NCBI GenBank assembly: GCA_965221895.1
Contig: CBDCSX010000002.1
Coordinates: 2,356,615 to 2,420,614, forward strand
From: Dehalococcoidia bacterium
GTDB lineage: Bacteria > Chloroflexota > Dehalococcoidia > Lucifugimonadales > GCA-2712585
Direction: 5' to 3'
Length of the DNA: 64,000 nt
Part shown: positions 46,418 to 56,298 of the stretch, in pieces
How positions within the stretch are numbered: the first letter of the stretch is position 1
Layout: every line of letters starts with the position of its first letter
Notes under the pieces: model-generated
What the model saw: the letters and a program-made list of their open reading frames with translations, nothing else
Database searches by the model: none
Told to the model about the DNA's origin: nothing
Translations under genes and position numbers: made by a program

Positions 46418-46594
46418 GAATGCGGCCTCCGTTTAATGTTTGTGAATGGTATTGGACTGATTCTATTCAGGGAGACCCTTTGTGTCCAGTGGGCGGGGTC
46501 AGGGATGGCATAAGTCCGGACTGGCTTGATATGAGGCATTGAATTGCAATAGAGTAACTGCAAGCTAGAACAAAAGACACGCCCTGGAGGAGCC

Positions 46595-46903
46595 ATGCCA
46601 AGAGTAATACTGACAGGAGTGGCGGAAAAAGACGGCAACCAGTTCACCGCCCTATGCCCGGAGTTGGACGTAGCCAGTTGCGGCGATACGGTGGAAGAAG
46701 CCCTGGATATGCTGGAAGAAGCCCTCGGAGTGTATCTGGAAGATTTGGCGGATATTGGCAATCTTGACCGGGAATTGAAGGAATGCGGCGTCACGGTTCG
46801 AGAAGACATTCTCGGCGAGGGGGAGGAAGTAATGGTGCCTGCGCTCCCGGGACAGATCTACCGAGCATACGTTATGAAGATTCCCGCTCTCGCAACTCGC
46901 TAA
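46595..46903 (+). CDS. hicB: HicB-like antitoxin
   Basis: DGNQFTALCPELDVASCGDTVEEALDMLEEALGVYLEDL matches the HicB/UPF0150 N-terminal fold pattern. A HicA-like ORF follows directly. Confidence 0.7.
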   Translation: MPRVILTGVAEKDGNQFTALCPELDVASCGDTVEEALDMLEEALGVYLEDLADIGNLDRELKECGVTVREDILGEGEEVMVPALPGQIYRAYVMKIPALATR

Positions 46904-46917
46904 ACCGGTATTTCTAA

Positions 46918-47157
46918 GTGGCGAGATTACCCCGCTGCTCCAGCAGACAGGTTGTCAACGCTCTCGTGAGGTTAGGCTGCTACAAGGGTAAGAGTGGTAG
47001 AGGCAGTCATCAGTCCTATCGACGCAGGCTTCCCAATGGACACGTTCTATCAAGCCCGGTTGTTTTAGGTCAACGCGAGTTTTCCCGAGGTACACTTAGG
47101 GCTGTACTAAGACAACTCCAAATCTCTGATGACGAGTTCATAGTCGCCCTTCGATAG
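46918..47157 (+). CDS. hicA: HicA-family mRNA interferase toxin
   Basis: 79 aa. The HicA/YcfA-like pattern is SSRQVVNALVRLGCYKGKSGRGSHQSYRR...GTLRAVLRQLQISDDEF. Confidence 0.7.
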   Translation: MARLPRCSSRQVVNALVRLGCYKGKSGRGSHQSYRRRLPNGHVLSSPVVLGQREFSRGTLRAVLRQLQISDDEFIVALR

Positions 47158-47251
47158 CTTGCCCCGGACACAACGCCTACCCCGTCCTGAATCCTTCGTC
47201 TTGTTCTTGTGTTAGAATGCCGGCAGATTCCTGGGTTGGGGAGGTTGTTCA

Positions 47252-47728
47252 GTGAGAATTCCTGGTAGTCGGCGGAGTAGCGCCCCCGACGCTTGTGGCC
47301 TGGCAGCCGGTCGTTTCGCTGAGGCAGTCCGCGACGGCAGTATGCCTGCAGCGTGGGAGATGCTTTCCAAGGAGTCGCGGGGTGTGCGGCAGGGGGTGTG
47401 GGCCACGGAACGGGGCATTGACCTTCAGGCGGTCTACCAAGCGGCCAACGATCACTCCCATCCTCTATTCCATCCAATGCTGGAGGACTTTCGGAAAGCT
47501 GTGCTCAAGTACTGGCCGTTGGAGGACCTGTTCGACTTGGGCGTAGCGCCGACCAGCTACGTGGACGACTTTCATGCCTTTGCATTTCTGCCCATGGGAA
47601 TTGACGATGATCAGGAGGAGATGCCGGGGCCCGTTCTGAAGGCTGGGTTGATTATTCCGATGTTGCTGGAAGATGGTGCATGGAGGGTGAACCTTCCCGG
47701 ATGGAGACTGGCGTGGCGTCAGAAATGA
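47252..47728 (+). CDS. Hypothetical protein
   Basis: 158-aa ORF (GTG start). Its stop overlaps the ATG of the downstream amidohydrolase (ATGA), which suggests translational coupling. I recognise no motif. Confidence 0.45.
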   Translation: MRIPGSRRSSAPDACGLAAGRFAEAVRDGSMPAAWEMLSKESRGVRQGVWATERGIDLQAVYQAANDHSHPLFHPMLEDFRKAVLKYWPLEDLFDLGVAPTSYVDDFHAFAFLPMGIDDDQEEMPGPVLKAGLIIPMLLEDGAWRVNLPGWRLAWRQK

Positions 47729-48858
47729 TCAAGAAGGCCGAATACAGGTTGGTGTCTTCGGACTCCCACGTGATGGAGCCGCCGGATCTCTGGACGCGCT
47801 TCATAGACCCCGAATACCGACACAGGGCTCCGCGGGTAGTACGTGAGGATGGCTTCGATAGGTGGTACGCTGACGGTGACGTTAGCTTTGGCATCGTCGG
47901 GTCGGACACCCAGGCGGGACGGCGGTTCGATGCGCCGGAAAGCATCCGGATTGAAGGCGTCTACGAGGACGTACGGCGGGGCGGCTACGACCCTCATGCC
48001 CACGTGGAGGACATGGACTTGGACGGCGTATCCGGGGACGTGGTGTATCCCTCGGTGGGCTTGGAGACGTGGCTCATCCCTTCAACGGACCTGCTCTCGG
48101 CTGTGTTCAGGGCATATAACAACTGGCTGGCAGAGTTCTGCGCCCCCTACCCGGACAGGATCAAGGGGATGGCGATGGTGAACGTGGACGTGGTCGCCGA
48201 CGGGGTGGGTGAACTTCGGCGGGCGGCTTCGCTGGGATTGGCTGGCGCGACTATTCCACAGCGGCCTCTCTTTGGCCGGTACGACAGCCCGATGTACGAG
48301 TCGTTGTGGGAGGTGGCTGAGAAATTGGGTATGCCCCTGACCATGCACAGCGGCACGTCGCGTTGGAGTCCCAACGAGAAGGTCACCTTTGGCAACAGCC
48401 GGGGGATGGTGGAGTTCATTAACCAGGAATACGACATGCGGGACAACGTGGTGGCCATGATTTTCTCCGGCGTGTTCGAACGTCACCCCGGCCTTAAGGT
48501 TGGTCTGGTGGAGTACGAGGTTTCGTGGGCGCCCTACCTGCTCTACCGGATGGACGTGGCGTACCAGGAGATCCGCCGTCCTGAGCGTTTTGGGGGCCGC
48601 CGGTTTGGCGGGGATATGCTTCCCAGCGATATGTTTCGACGGAACATGTTCATCTGCTTCCAGGAAGACGAGTTGGGGATGCAGATGCGGGAGTACATAG
48701 GGGTGCAGACGCTCATGTGGGGCAACGATTATCCCCATGCGGAATCCACTTTCCCCCGATCCAGGGAGATTGTCGAGCGGATTTTGGAGGGCGTGCCGCT
48801 GGAGGAAAAGCGGCTGATAGCGGGCGAGAATTGCGCCCGCCTGTTTAAGATGGGCTGA
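47725..48858 (+). CDS. Amidohydrolase-2 family metal-dependent hydrolase (ACMSD-like)
   Basis: YRLVSSDSHVMEPPDLW, YNNWLAEFC and WGNDYPHAESTFP. Start moved to ATG 47725. Confidence 0.8.
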   Translation: MIKKAEYRLVSSDSHVMEPPDLWTRFIDPEYRHRAPRVVREDGFDRWYADGDVSFGIVGSDTQAGRRFDAPESIRIEGVYEDVRRGGYDPHAHVEDMDLDGVSGDVVYPSVGLETWLIPSTDLLSAVFRAYNNWLAEFCAPYPDRIKGMAMVNVDVVADGVGELRRAASLGLAGATIPQRPLFGRYDSPMYESLWEVAEKLGMPLTMHSGTSRWSPNEKVTFGNSRGMVEFINQEYDMRDNVVAMIFSGVFERHPGLKVGLVEYEVSWAPYLLYRMDVAYQEIRRPERFGGRRFGGDMLPSDMFRRNMFICFQEDELGMQMREYIGVQTLMWGNDYPHAESTFPRSREIVERILEGVPLEEKRLIAGENCARLFKMG

Positions 48859-49534
48859 CGGGCAACCCCTGCCAAATTTGATGTAATTCCGCCAGGCTCT
48901 CGACTATCAGGCTTACGTTGGCGTCGGTGAATGTGTTTTCCTTGCCGGGGGAAATTCGTCCGATGAAGGGTACACTCGTAGCCTGTGCGCCCTTGTAGTC
49001 GTCGATGGAGTCGCCGACGAAGATTATCTGGTTGGGCCGCCACCCGTTCTCAGCCATCACGTCTCGTAGGATCGCGGCCTTGTCCCTGGGCGAGCCGTAG
49101 ACTCCGGCGAAGAATCCTGACATTCCCCGACGTTCGATAAGCGGCTGCATCTCGTCTTCAGGAGTGCCGGTGGCTATGAACAGAGGACAGAGGGCAGAGT
49201 AGATTTGCAGGAACTCCGGTGCCCCGGGAGTGAAGGGGCAGGCCATCATAGCGTCGTCTGCCAGCCTTCCAAATTCCTTGCTTAAACGTCGAATGCCGTC
49301 CTCGTCGACGGACACACCAAGGATATCTTCGCAGATGATTCGCAGCTTTTCTTGGCGGGGCATGCCGCCATGGTCTCGATGGAGTTTGACTATGGGTTCG
49401 GCGTGTTGGGGATACTGGCTGAATAGTCGACGGAAAGTCTCTGCCTTGACGTGGTTGGACTCCAGAATGACGCCGTCAAAGTCCAGCACTATCGCTTCTA
49501 TACGCGGGCTGTCTTCTGTGTAGGCACCGGTCAT
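48845..49534 (-). CDS. HAD-superfamily hydrolase (subfamily IA-like)
   Basis: Motif I IVLDFDGVILES and motif IV FVGDSIDD. The start is uncertain: ATG 49534, or the TTG 49558 used by the track. Confidence 0.75.
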   Translation of the reverse strand: MTGAYTEDSPRIEAIVLDFDGVILESNHVKAETFRRLFSQYPQHAEPIVKLHRDHGGMPRQEKLRIICEDILGVSVDEDGIRRLSKEFGRLADDAMMACPFTPGAPEFLQIYSALCPLFIATGTPEDEMQPLIERRGMSGFFAGVYGSPRDKAAILRDVMAENGWRPNQIIFVGDSIDDYKGAQATSVPFIGRISPGKENTFTDANVSLIVESLAELHQIWQGLPVSPS

Positions 49535-49541
49535 CTGGGAG

Positions 49542-50636
49542 TTAGGCTGCTTTTGCAACTCGCCCGATCACGGCGTCGCCCATGGCTTCGGTAGAGAGAG
49601 GCGTTTCGCCGGGGCGGGTGATGTCGGCGGTGCGGCAGCCGTCTTCCAGAGCGCGGGTCACGGCGTCTTCCAGGGCAAGAGCCTCCTGCTCCAAGCCAAG
49701 AGAGAGGCGCAGCAGCAGGGCGGCGCTGAGGATGGCGGCAACCGGGTTCGCGATGCCCCGGCCAGCGATGTCCGGCGCGCTCCCGTGTATGGGTTCGTAG
49801 AGGCCCAGTGGGTTCGCGCCTCCGGTATGGCCCAGGCTTGCCGAGGGCAGCATTCCCATGGACCCGGATAGGACAGCGGCTTCGTCGGTGAGAATGTCTC
49901 CGAAGGTGTTTTCGGTGACGATGACGTCGAATTGGGAGGGACTGCGGATGAGCTGCATGGCGGCGTTGTCCACCAGCATGTGTTCCAGGGACACGTCCGG
50001 GTAATCGTCGGCGACGCTGTCAGCCAGTTCTCTCCATAGTCGGGAAGTTTCCAGCACGTTGGCCTTGTCGACGGAAGTGACACTCCGACGGCGGGTCTGG
50101 GCCAGTCGGAAGGCGGCGTGGAGAATCCGGCGAATCTCCGCTTCCGTGTAGACCAGGGTGTCCACGGCGGCCTGGCCGTCGGCATCCGTCCAACGCTTCT
50201 TTGGCTGGGCGAAATAAAGCCCACCCGTAAGTTCCCGCACTACTACCAGGTCTACTCCCTGGAGCACTTCCGGCTTTAGCGGGCTGGCGTCGATAAGAGC
50301 GGGATGAAGCTTCACGGGCCGGAGGTTGGCGAAGAGTTGAAGGGACTTGCGAAGGGCCAGCAGGCCGTCTTCCGGCCTCACAGCAGCCTGCGGGTCGTCC
50401 CACTTGGGACCGCCGACGGCTCCAAGAAGGACGGCGTCGCTCCGCCGACAGAGTTCGAGGGTTTCCGGCGGGAAGGGGTCTCCAAACTCGTCTATGGCCC
50501 CGCCGCCTATGGCACCGTACTGGATTTCAAAGGTGTGACCGAAACAGTCGCCTATGGCGTGGAGGGCTTTGACGGCCTGGGCTGTTACCTCAGGGCCGAC
50601 GCCGTCCCCCGGCAGCACGGCGATACGAAAGTTCAT
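49542..50636 (-). CDS. leuB: 3-isopropylmalate dehydrogenase
   Basis: [17 protein letters not shown] and the [13 protein letters not shown] motif. It lies in a leu-cluster context. Confidence 0.95.
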   Translation of the reverse strand: MNFRIAVLPGDGVGPEVTAQAVKALHAIGDCFGHTFEIQYGAIGGGAIDEFGDPFPPETLELCRRSDAVLLGAVGGPKWDDPQAAVRPEDGLLALRKSLQLFANLRPVKLHPALIDASPLKPEVLQGVDLVVVRELTGGLYFAQPKKRWTDADGQAAVDTLVYTEAEIRRILHAAFRLAQTRRRSVTSVDKANVLETSRLWRELADSVADDYPDVSLEHMLVDNAAMQLIRSPSQFDVIVTENTFGDILTDEAAVLSGSMGMLPSASLGHTGGANPLGLYEPIHGSAPDIAGRGIANPVAAILSAALLLRLSLGLEQEALALEDAVTRALEDGCRTADITRPGETPLSTEAMGDAVIGRVAKAA

Positions 50637-50658
50637 CGGCGGGTCTCCGTGGCAGCTG

Positions 50659-51258
50659 TCAAGCAGCCAGTCCCATCTGTCGCTCGTAGGCGCTTATTTT
50701 TTCCTCATGCAGCAACGTCAAGCCTATTTCGTCCAAGCCGTCCAGGAGGCAGCGCTTTCGAAAAGGATCAACCTCAAAGGAGAATACAAGCTCGTTGTCG
50801 TCGCTCCAAAGCCGTTGCTTCTCCAGGTCTACGGAGAGGGTTGCGCCTGGACTTTGATTGAGCTTGTCCATGAGCGCGCTGACCTGCTCTTCCGGCAGTG
50901 TTACGGGCAGCAGGCCGTTCTGGAAGCAGTTGTTGAAGAAGATGTCGGCGAAGCTGGGGGCGATGATGCATCGAAAGCCGTAGTCCTCCAGCGCCCACGG
51001 CGCGTGCTCCCGGGAGGAGCCGCATCCGAAGTTCCGTCCCGCGACGAGGAACTTGGGGTTCTGAATACTGGGGTGGTTGAGAATGAAATCGGGGTTCGGT
51101 TCGCCGTTGGCGTCGAATCGCCACGGGCCAAAGAGAAACTGCCCGTAGCCGGTGCGTTCGATGCGCTTGAGATGGATTGCGGGGATTATCTGGTCGGTGT
51201 CCACGTTGACCCTGTCCAGGGGCATGGCTACGCCGGTGAGTTTTGTGAAGGGTTCCAT
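50659..51258 (-). CDS. leuD: 3-isopropylmalate dehydratase small subunit
   Basis: [29 protein letters not shown]. Adjacent to leuC. Confidence 0.95.
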   Translation of the reverse strand: MEPFTKLTGVAMPLDRVNVDTDQIIPAIHLKRIERTGYGQFLFGPWRFDANGEPNPDFILNHPSIQNPKFLVAGRNFGCGSSREHAPWALEDYGFRCIIAPSFADIFFNNCFQNGLLPVTLPEEQVSALMDKLNQSPGATLSVDLEKQRLWSDDNELVFSFEVDPFRKRCLLDGLDEIGLTLLHEEKISAYERQMGLAA

Positions 51259-51291
51259 CTTACGCTGGCACGCTCCTCAGAGGTGGATGGT

Positions 51292-52701
51292 TCAAGTTGA
51301 CTTCCACTCGCGGATGTCCACGAAGTGGCCGGCTATCGCGGCGGCGGCGGCCATGGGCGGGCTGACCAGGTGTGTCCGTCCGCCCTTGCCCTGCCGGTTT
51401 TCAAAGTTTCGGTTGGAGGTGGAGGCGCACCGCTCTCCCGGTTGGAGGACGTCCGGGTTCATGCCGAGGCACATGGAGCATCCCGCAATGCGCCAATCGA
51501 AGCCCGCGTCGGCGAAGATACGGTCAAGGCCCTCTTCCTCCGCCTCGGCCTTCACCCGGGCAGAGCCGGGGACTACCATCGCGTAGACGCCTTCGTTGAC
51601 CTGCCTGCCCTTGATTACAGAGGCGGCGGCCCGCAAGTCTTCGATGCGGCTGTTGGTGCAGGCGCCAATGAATACCCGGTCTATGGGAATGTCCTGGATG
51701 GGGGTGTCCGGCTCCAGGGCCATATAGCTGAGCGCCCGTTCGGCGGCCTCTCGCTCAGCAGCCTCCTGGAAGGAGGACGGGTCCGGAACGCGGTCCGTTA
51801 TCTTCGCGACCATGCCGGGGTTGGTGCCCCAGGTGACGAAGGGTTCGAGGTCGGCGGCGTCGATGATCACCTGCTTATCGAAGGCGGCGCCGTCGTCGGA
51901 CGGCAGCTTGCGCCACCGGTCCACGGCAGCCTCGAAATCGTCCCCCTTAGGGGCGAAGGTCCGGCCTCGGACATAGTCGAAGGTGGTATCGTCGGGGGCA
52001 ATCATGCCGGCTCGGGCGCCCCCTTCTATGCTCATGTTGCAAACGGTCATGCGTCCGTCCATGGAAAGGGAACGGACGGCCTCGCCGGTGTATTCGATGA
52101 CGTGGCCGATGCCGCCGTTGATGCCTATCTGCCCGATGATGCCGAGAATTAGGTCTTTGGCCTCCACGCCGGCGGGAAGCGGACCGTCCACCCTCACCTC
52201 CATGGTCTTGGGTTTGAACTGGCGCAGGGTTTGGGTGGCCAATACGTGCTCCACCTCCGACGTGCCGATGCCGAGGGCGAAGCACCCCAACGCGCCGTGG
52301 GTGGACGTGTGGCTGTCGCCGCAGACCACGGTCATGCCCGGCTGGGTATATCCCAGGTCCGGGCCGATGACGTGGACTATGCCCTGGTTGCGGCTGTACC
52401 GGTCGTAGAAGGCTATGTCGGTGCCCTTGATGTTGTCGGACAGGGCGTCCAACTGGCGTTTGGAGATGGGGTCAACCACGGGGCGGGTAAGCTCCCAGGT
52501 GGGGGTGTTGTGGTCAACGGTAGCGACGGTCAGGTCAGGCTGTCGTACGCTTCGGCCAGCCAGCCGGAGTCCCTCGAAGGCCTGGGGCGAGGTGACCTCG
52601 TGCACCAGGTGCAGGTCTATGTAGATGAGGGCGGGCGCACCGGGTTCCTGGTGCACCACGTGGGCGTCCCAGATCTTCTGAAACATCGTTTTAGGAGGCA
52701 T
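51292..52701 (-). CDS. leuC: 3-isopropylmalate dehydratase large subunit
   Basis: [12 protein letters not shown], the aconitase-family motif VCGDSHT, and [12 protein letters not shown]. The start is uncertain (ATG 52701 or 52686; the track gives 52746). Confidence 0.9.
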   Translation of the reverse strand: MPPKTMFQKIWDAHVVHQEPGAPALIYIDLHLVHEVTSPQAFEGLRLAGRSVRQPDLTVATVDHNTPTWELTRPVVDPISKRQLDALSDNIKGTDIAFYDRYSRNQGIVHVIGPDLGYTQPGMTVVCGDSHTSTHGALGCFALGIGTSEVEHVLATQTLRQFKPKTMEVRVDGPLPAGVEAKDLILGIIGQIGINGGIGHVIEYTGEAVRSLSMDGRMTVCNMSIEGGARAGMIAPDDTTFDYVRGRTFAPKGDDFEAAVDRWRKLPSDDGAAFDKQVIIDAADLEPFVTWGTNPGMVAKITDRVPDPSSFQEAAEREAAERALSYMALEPDTPIQDIPIDRVFIGACTNSRIEDLRAAASVIKGRQVNEGVYAMVVPGSARVKAEAEEEGLDRIFADAGFDWRIAGCSMCLGMNPDVLQPGERCASTSNRNFENRQGKGGRTHLVSPPMAAAAAIAGHFVDIREWKST

Positions 52702-53635
52702 CTTTTTCCCCTTTGGCATTCGGTGGAGGCCGGCCTGTGGCCCCATTCACTGAATCCTCGAAAATGGTTAGGAACCTGTGAGCTGCTCCGTGCAGCCAGT
52801 CAATCATCCGAGGCCAGTTTGCACGATCACGGGCGTCAATTTGCAAGTCGGAAATCCGATGTGTTCCCCAACTTGTTCGGCCCCCTAATGCGATATCAAA
52901 TCGGTTCTGCAATATCCCCTTGTACCGCTCTACCCTATCGGTGACCTTTTCAGCGTCAACGCCGCGCTTTCCGCGCATGAATATGCCTACGCTGCCTTGG
53001 GCCAAATATAGGCTGAGGAGCATCTCGGGATCTGCGGTCTCATACCACACTGAACTGGCCGCTCCAGGTGAGAAGCCATCATCCGGATATCGCTCGGCGT
53101 AAGCGGTCCAAAATTCCTTGCGAAAGCGTCCGATTTCGCTCAATCCTTGCGCGGTCACTGCACGAAGTCCACGCTCCCACTCGCTAGGGCGTTCCAGAAC
53201 CTCGAATACCGGAGCGATGGGAGAATCGCCTATACGCACTACCTTGACGCGCACGGCGAAAAAAGCGTACTTGTCCGGCGTGTGGCCATTGAGCCATCGA
53301 ACGGCGGAAAGATGGGCTTCGTGAAACTCGCGGGCAATCCAAATCACCCTATTTGCGTCAAGGCCCGCAAGATAGGTCATGATTTGACCCAGGTGGGTAT
53401 GATCCGAGCCTTCAAGCTGGTTTTCGATTAGCACCAAGCTATCGTCCAGCGAGTCGCGGGCCATCAGGTCCGCCGAAAACCCCTCAACGTCAACTTCCGT
53501 GTCTTCCAGCCTCAGTCTGAGTTCCGTAACCTCTGAAAGGGCGTCCAGATTCTCCGCAAGCCACGGGGTGAAGTCCTTAGCCTCGTGAGGCCATGCCTTG
53601 CGCAGATCGACTGGCTGCAATCTACTGAATTGCAT
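52691..53635 (-). CDS. PD-(D/E)XK nuclease-like N-terminal domain + DUF4268-like C-terminal domain protein
   Basis: [21 protein letters not shown]...FSADLMARD...[45 protein letters not shown] matches, from memory, the family usually annotated DUF4268. It sits between leuA and leuC. I chose ATG 53635 over the TTG at 53674. Confidence 0.65.
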   Translation of the reverse strand: MQFSRLQPVDLRKAWPHEAKDFTPWLAENLDALSEVTELRLRLEDTEVDVEGFSADLMARDSLDDSLVLIENQLEGSDHTHLGQIMTYLAGLDANRVIWIAREFHEAHLSAVRWLNGHTPDKYAFFAVRVKVVRIGDSPIAPVFEVLERPSEWERGLRAVTAQGLSEIGRFRKEFWTAYAERYPDDGFSPGAASSVWYETADPEMLLSLYLAQGSVGIFMRGKRGVDAEKVTDRVERYKGILQNRFDIALGGRTSWGTHRISDLQIDARDRANWPRMIDWLHGAAHRFLTIFEDSVNGATGRPPPNAKGEKDAS

Positions 53636-53706
53636 AATTTCTTTCTTATCCAAGAATGAACCCTTGGAAGGCAAGAACAGGCACGTAAAGATCCCGAGCC
53701 GGGGCC

Positions 53707-55266
53707 TTAAGGATTGGGTGCTCCTACGGCGGACTCCTTCTTCGCTTCCTCCATTGCCAAGAGGCGGTTGAGGGCGTTCAGGTAGGCCTTGGCGCTGGCT
53801 ACGAGGATGTCCGTATCGGAACCTCGGCCCACGTACACCCCGTCGTCCTTCTGGATGCGAATCGTCACCTCTCCGATGGCGTCAATGCCTCCGGTAACGG
53901 ACTTAACGGTGAATTCAGCGAGGGTATTGGGCACCTGAACGATGCGGTTGATGGCCTTGTAGATTGCGTCCACGGGACCGGTGCCGGTGGCGGCGTCGGT
54001 CGTCGTGAACCCGTCCGGGCCGGTGAGCTTGACCGTAGCGGTGGGTATTTCGTGGTCGCCGCAGGACACCTGGATGTGCTCCATGGTGAAGCTGGGGTTC
54101 TCGCTGATGATTCTTCGCTGGTCGGACATGAGGGCTTCCAGGTCCAGGTCGGTTATCTCCCGCTTCTTGTCGGCCAGAAGCTTGAATCCCTCGAAAGCCT
54201 GGGCCAGCTCGTCGGCGGTCAGGTGATATCCAAGTTCGTCGAGCCGGGAGCGGAGACCGGCGCGGCCGCTGAGTTTGCCGAGGACCAGAGAGCTGCCGGG
54301 CCAGCCGATGGACGCTGGGTCCATCACCTCGTAGGTGGAACGTTCCTTCAGGATGCCGTCCTGGTGGATGCCGGAGGCGTGGCGGAAGGCGTTTAGACCG
54401 ACCACTGCCTTGTTGGGCTGAATGGGGAAGCCGGTAACGTCGCTGACCAGCCGGCTGGTGCGGTAAATCTGGGTGGTGTCCACGTTGGTCCGGACGCCAA
54501 GGAAGTCTTTGCGGGTTTCGATGCTCATGATTATCTCTTCGAGGGCGGCGTTGCCTGCCCGCTCGCCGAGACCGTTGATGCAGCCCTCCACCTGCCGCGC
54601 GCCTACCTGGATGGCGGCCATGCTGTTGGCGACGCCGAGTCCGAGATCGTTGTGGCAATGGACGCTGAGGACGGCCTTGTGGATATTCGGCACGTTCTCC
54701 TGAATGTCCTTCAGAAGCTGGGCGAACTCTTCCGGAATGGAGTAGCCGACGGTGTCGGGGATGTTGATGGTCGTTGCTCCTGCGTCTATGACGGCTCTGA
54801 GCATGGTGTAGAGATATTCGGGCTCCGTGCGGGAGGCGTCCATCGCCGAGAATTCCACGTCTTCGCAGTAGCCCTTGGCCCTGGAGACCATAGTTACCGC
54901 CATGTCCATGACTTCTTCCCGGTTCTTGCGAAGCTGGTGCATCAGGTGGATGTCGGAACTGGAGAGGAAAACGTGGATGCGGGGTTGGGCTGCTCCCTTC
55001 AGAGCGCCCCATGCATGGTCTACGTCGTTGGGGTGGGCGCGGGCCAGGGATGCAATGATGGGCCTGCGGATCTCCCGTGCGACTGTTGCGACTGCTTCGA
55101 AGTCGCCGGGTGAGCTGGCGGCGAATCCGGCTTCGATAACGTCGACGCCAAGGCGGTCAAGCTGCCGGGCGATTTCCAGTTTTTCGGGGGTGGTCATTCC
55201 GGCTCCGGCGGCCTGCTCGCCGTCGCGGAGGGTGGTGTCGAAGATTATTACCTGTTCCTGAGCCAC
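53707..55266 (-). CDS. leuA: 2-isopropylmalate synthase
   Basis: IFDTTLRDGEQAAG, HCHNDLGLGVANS, and a C-terminal LeuA dimerisation/regulatory region. GTG start, preceded by AAGAGGAGG. Confidence 0.95.
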   Translation of the reverse strand: MAQEQVIIFDTTLRDGEQAAGAGMTTPEKLEIARQLDRLGVDVIEAGFAASSPGDFEAVATVAREIRRPIIASLARAHPNDVDHAWGALKGAAQPRIHVFLSSSDIHLMHQLRKNREEVMDMAVTMVSRAKGYCEDVEFSAMDASRTEPEYLYTMLRAVIDAGATTINIPDTVGYSIPEEFAQLLKDIQENVPNIHKAVLSVHCHNDLGLGVANSMAAIQVGARQVEGCINGLGERAGNAALEEIIMSIETRKDFLGVRTNVDTTQIYRTSRLVSDVTGFPIQPNKAVVGLNAFRHASGIHQDGILKERSTYEVMDPASIGWPGSSLVLGKLSGRAGLRSRLDELGYHLTADELAQAFEGFKLLADKKREITDLDLEALMSDQRRIISENPSFTMEHIQVSCGDHEIPTATVKLTGPDGFTTTDAATGTGPVDAIYKAINRIVQVPNTLAEFTVKSVTGGIDAIGEVTIRIQKDDGVYVGRGSDTDILVASAKAYLNALNRLLAMEEAKKESAVGAPNP

Positions 55267-55439
55267 TTTGGTTCCTCCTCTTACTGCCTTTGATTTATGA
55301 ACTAACGGTTGGGGGTTGGACTGCTCAAAGGCTGCGTAAGGGGAACGCAGGCCGCCCGCTGGAGCCGTGCCAACACCCCAACGTTCCGGCGGTCTACGCG
55401 CTTTGCCTCCATTACCTGTCTCCGAACCAAGTTTTTTGT

Positions 55440-55475
55440 GCGGCTGCTCCCGGGTTAGGGGCCGCCGCGTTTTTT
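55440..55475 (+). terminator. Strong GC hairpin followed by T6 on the plus strand (orphan intrinsic terminator inside the leuA upstream region)
   Basis: GCGGCTGCTCCCGGGTTAGGGGCCGCCGC spans 55440-55468. I paired it by hand as an 11-position stem with one mismatch and one G-U pair, and a 7-nt loop. GTTTTTTGC follows. On the minus strand the same hairpin is followed by A-runs only. Confidence 0.5.
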
Positions 55476-55508
55476 GCTTTAGTTAGTCGTGGCTGTATGT
55501 CTGCGTGA

Positions 55509-55538
55509 ATTTAACATAAATAAGGACAAGTTTGTCAA
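55509..55538 (-). promoter_or_regulatory. Putative sigma70-type promoter for leuA
   Basis: On the minus strand: TTGACA (55533-55538), an 18-nt spacer, then TTAAAT (55509-55514). This implies a 5' leader of about 235 nt. Confidence 0.4.
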
Positions 55539-55779
55539 TATGGTGGCGGATTGTGAAGGGACTCGTTTTCGCGGACTCAGGCGTGAAAGTTACTCGTTTT
55601 GGAAATCGAGTCGGAGTGAATTCGTGCCTGAGATTATTCGTTTCAGGCGTGGGGACTCGTTTCAAAAAAGTTAGGCAAACGAGTCCGGTTCTGGGGCGAC
55701 TTTTTCTGCTGGGCTGTTAAAGTGCATAGTTCGGCTGAGGGAGGGTAGCAGAGGAGTGGAAGTTTCGGCAATGAAAAGA

Positions 55780-55822
55780 TGTCACTTCGCCTTTTAGGGT
55801 GTTGAAAGATTGGATTGAAAGA
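55780..55822 (+). repeat. 43-bp imperfect direct repeat, copy A
   Basis: TGTCACTTCGCCTTT...GTTGA...ATTGGATTGAAAGA matches copy B at 56299-56341 at 36 of 43 positions by my alignment. Confidence 0.8.
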
Positions 55823-56123
55823 AGGAAGTCCCAGGGGCAGCGGCCACTAAAGTATAGGGAAAGGAGAAGATTGGGAATTAAATGCTCGACTGTACAAAGA
55901 TTCAGAGTCTGGTCGAAGAAACTTTCGCAAAGGGGCTCAGTTACGAAAGACTGATTGACGACAAAAGAAAAATCCCGCCTGCTTGCGCTAGGGCGAGAAT
56001 TTCCCGAGTTAGCCAATGAATATCGGCTGAACACTACCTTGCCACGGTGAGTAAATCCTACATACCTTGTGATGATTTGTCCAGGTTGATCCGAAAAGAA
56101 TTTCCTTTACTGGACTGTATGAA

Positions 56124-56196
56124 CACCCCTGACGAGATTCGAATTCGCATCCTCTACCGTGGCAAGATAGCGCTCTATCCATTGAGCTACAGGGGG
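56124..56196 (-). tRNA. tRNA-Gly(GCC)-like gene, possibly a pseudo-tRNA
   Basis: The reverse complement is CCCCCTGTAGCTCAATGGATAGAGCGCTATCTTGCCACGGTAGAGGATGCGAATTCGAATCTCGTCAGGGGTG. It folds as a cloverleaf with anticodon GCC. It has a C1/U72 mismatch and an A53/C61 mismatch in the T arm. It is about 88% identical to the tRNA at 58625-58697. Confidence 0.5.
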
Positions 56197-56298
56197 AAAG
56201 CCGGTATACATCTACTGCGCCTTCATGTCGATTTTGGGGTCCTTTTTCCCTTACGTAGTCAAGCAGGTAAATCTCGGGGAATCTTGGCAACCAGAAGG

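Noticed and set aside
55267-55500. Calling the leuA leader a T-box riboswitch or a Leu leader-peptide attenuator.
   Set aside because: The best T-box-like stretch (GGGUGUUGGCACGG) matches the consensus poorly, and I could not find a Stem I/specifier architecture. The 36-codon uORF (MEAKRVDRRNVGVLARLQ...) has only scattered Leu codons. No U-tract follows the long helix on the leuA strand.
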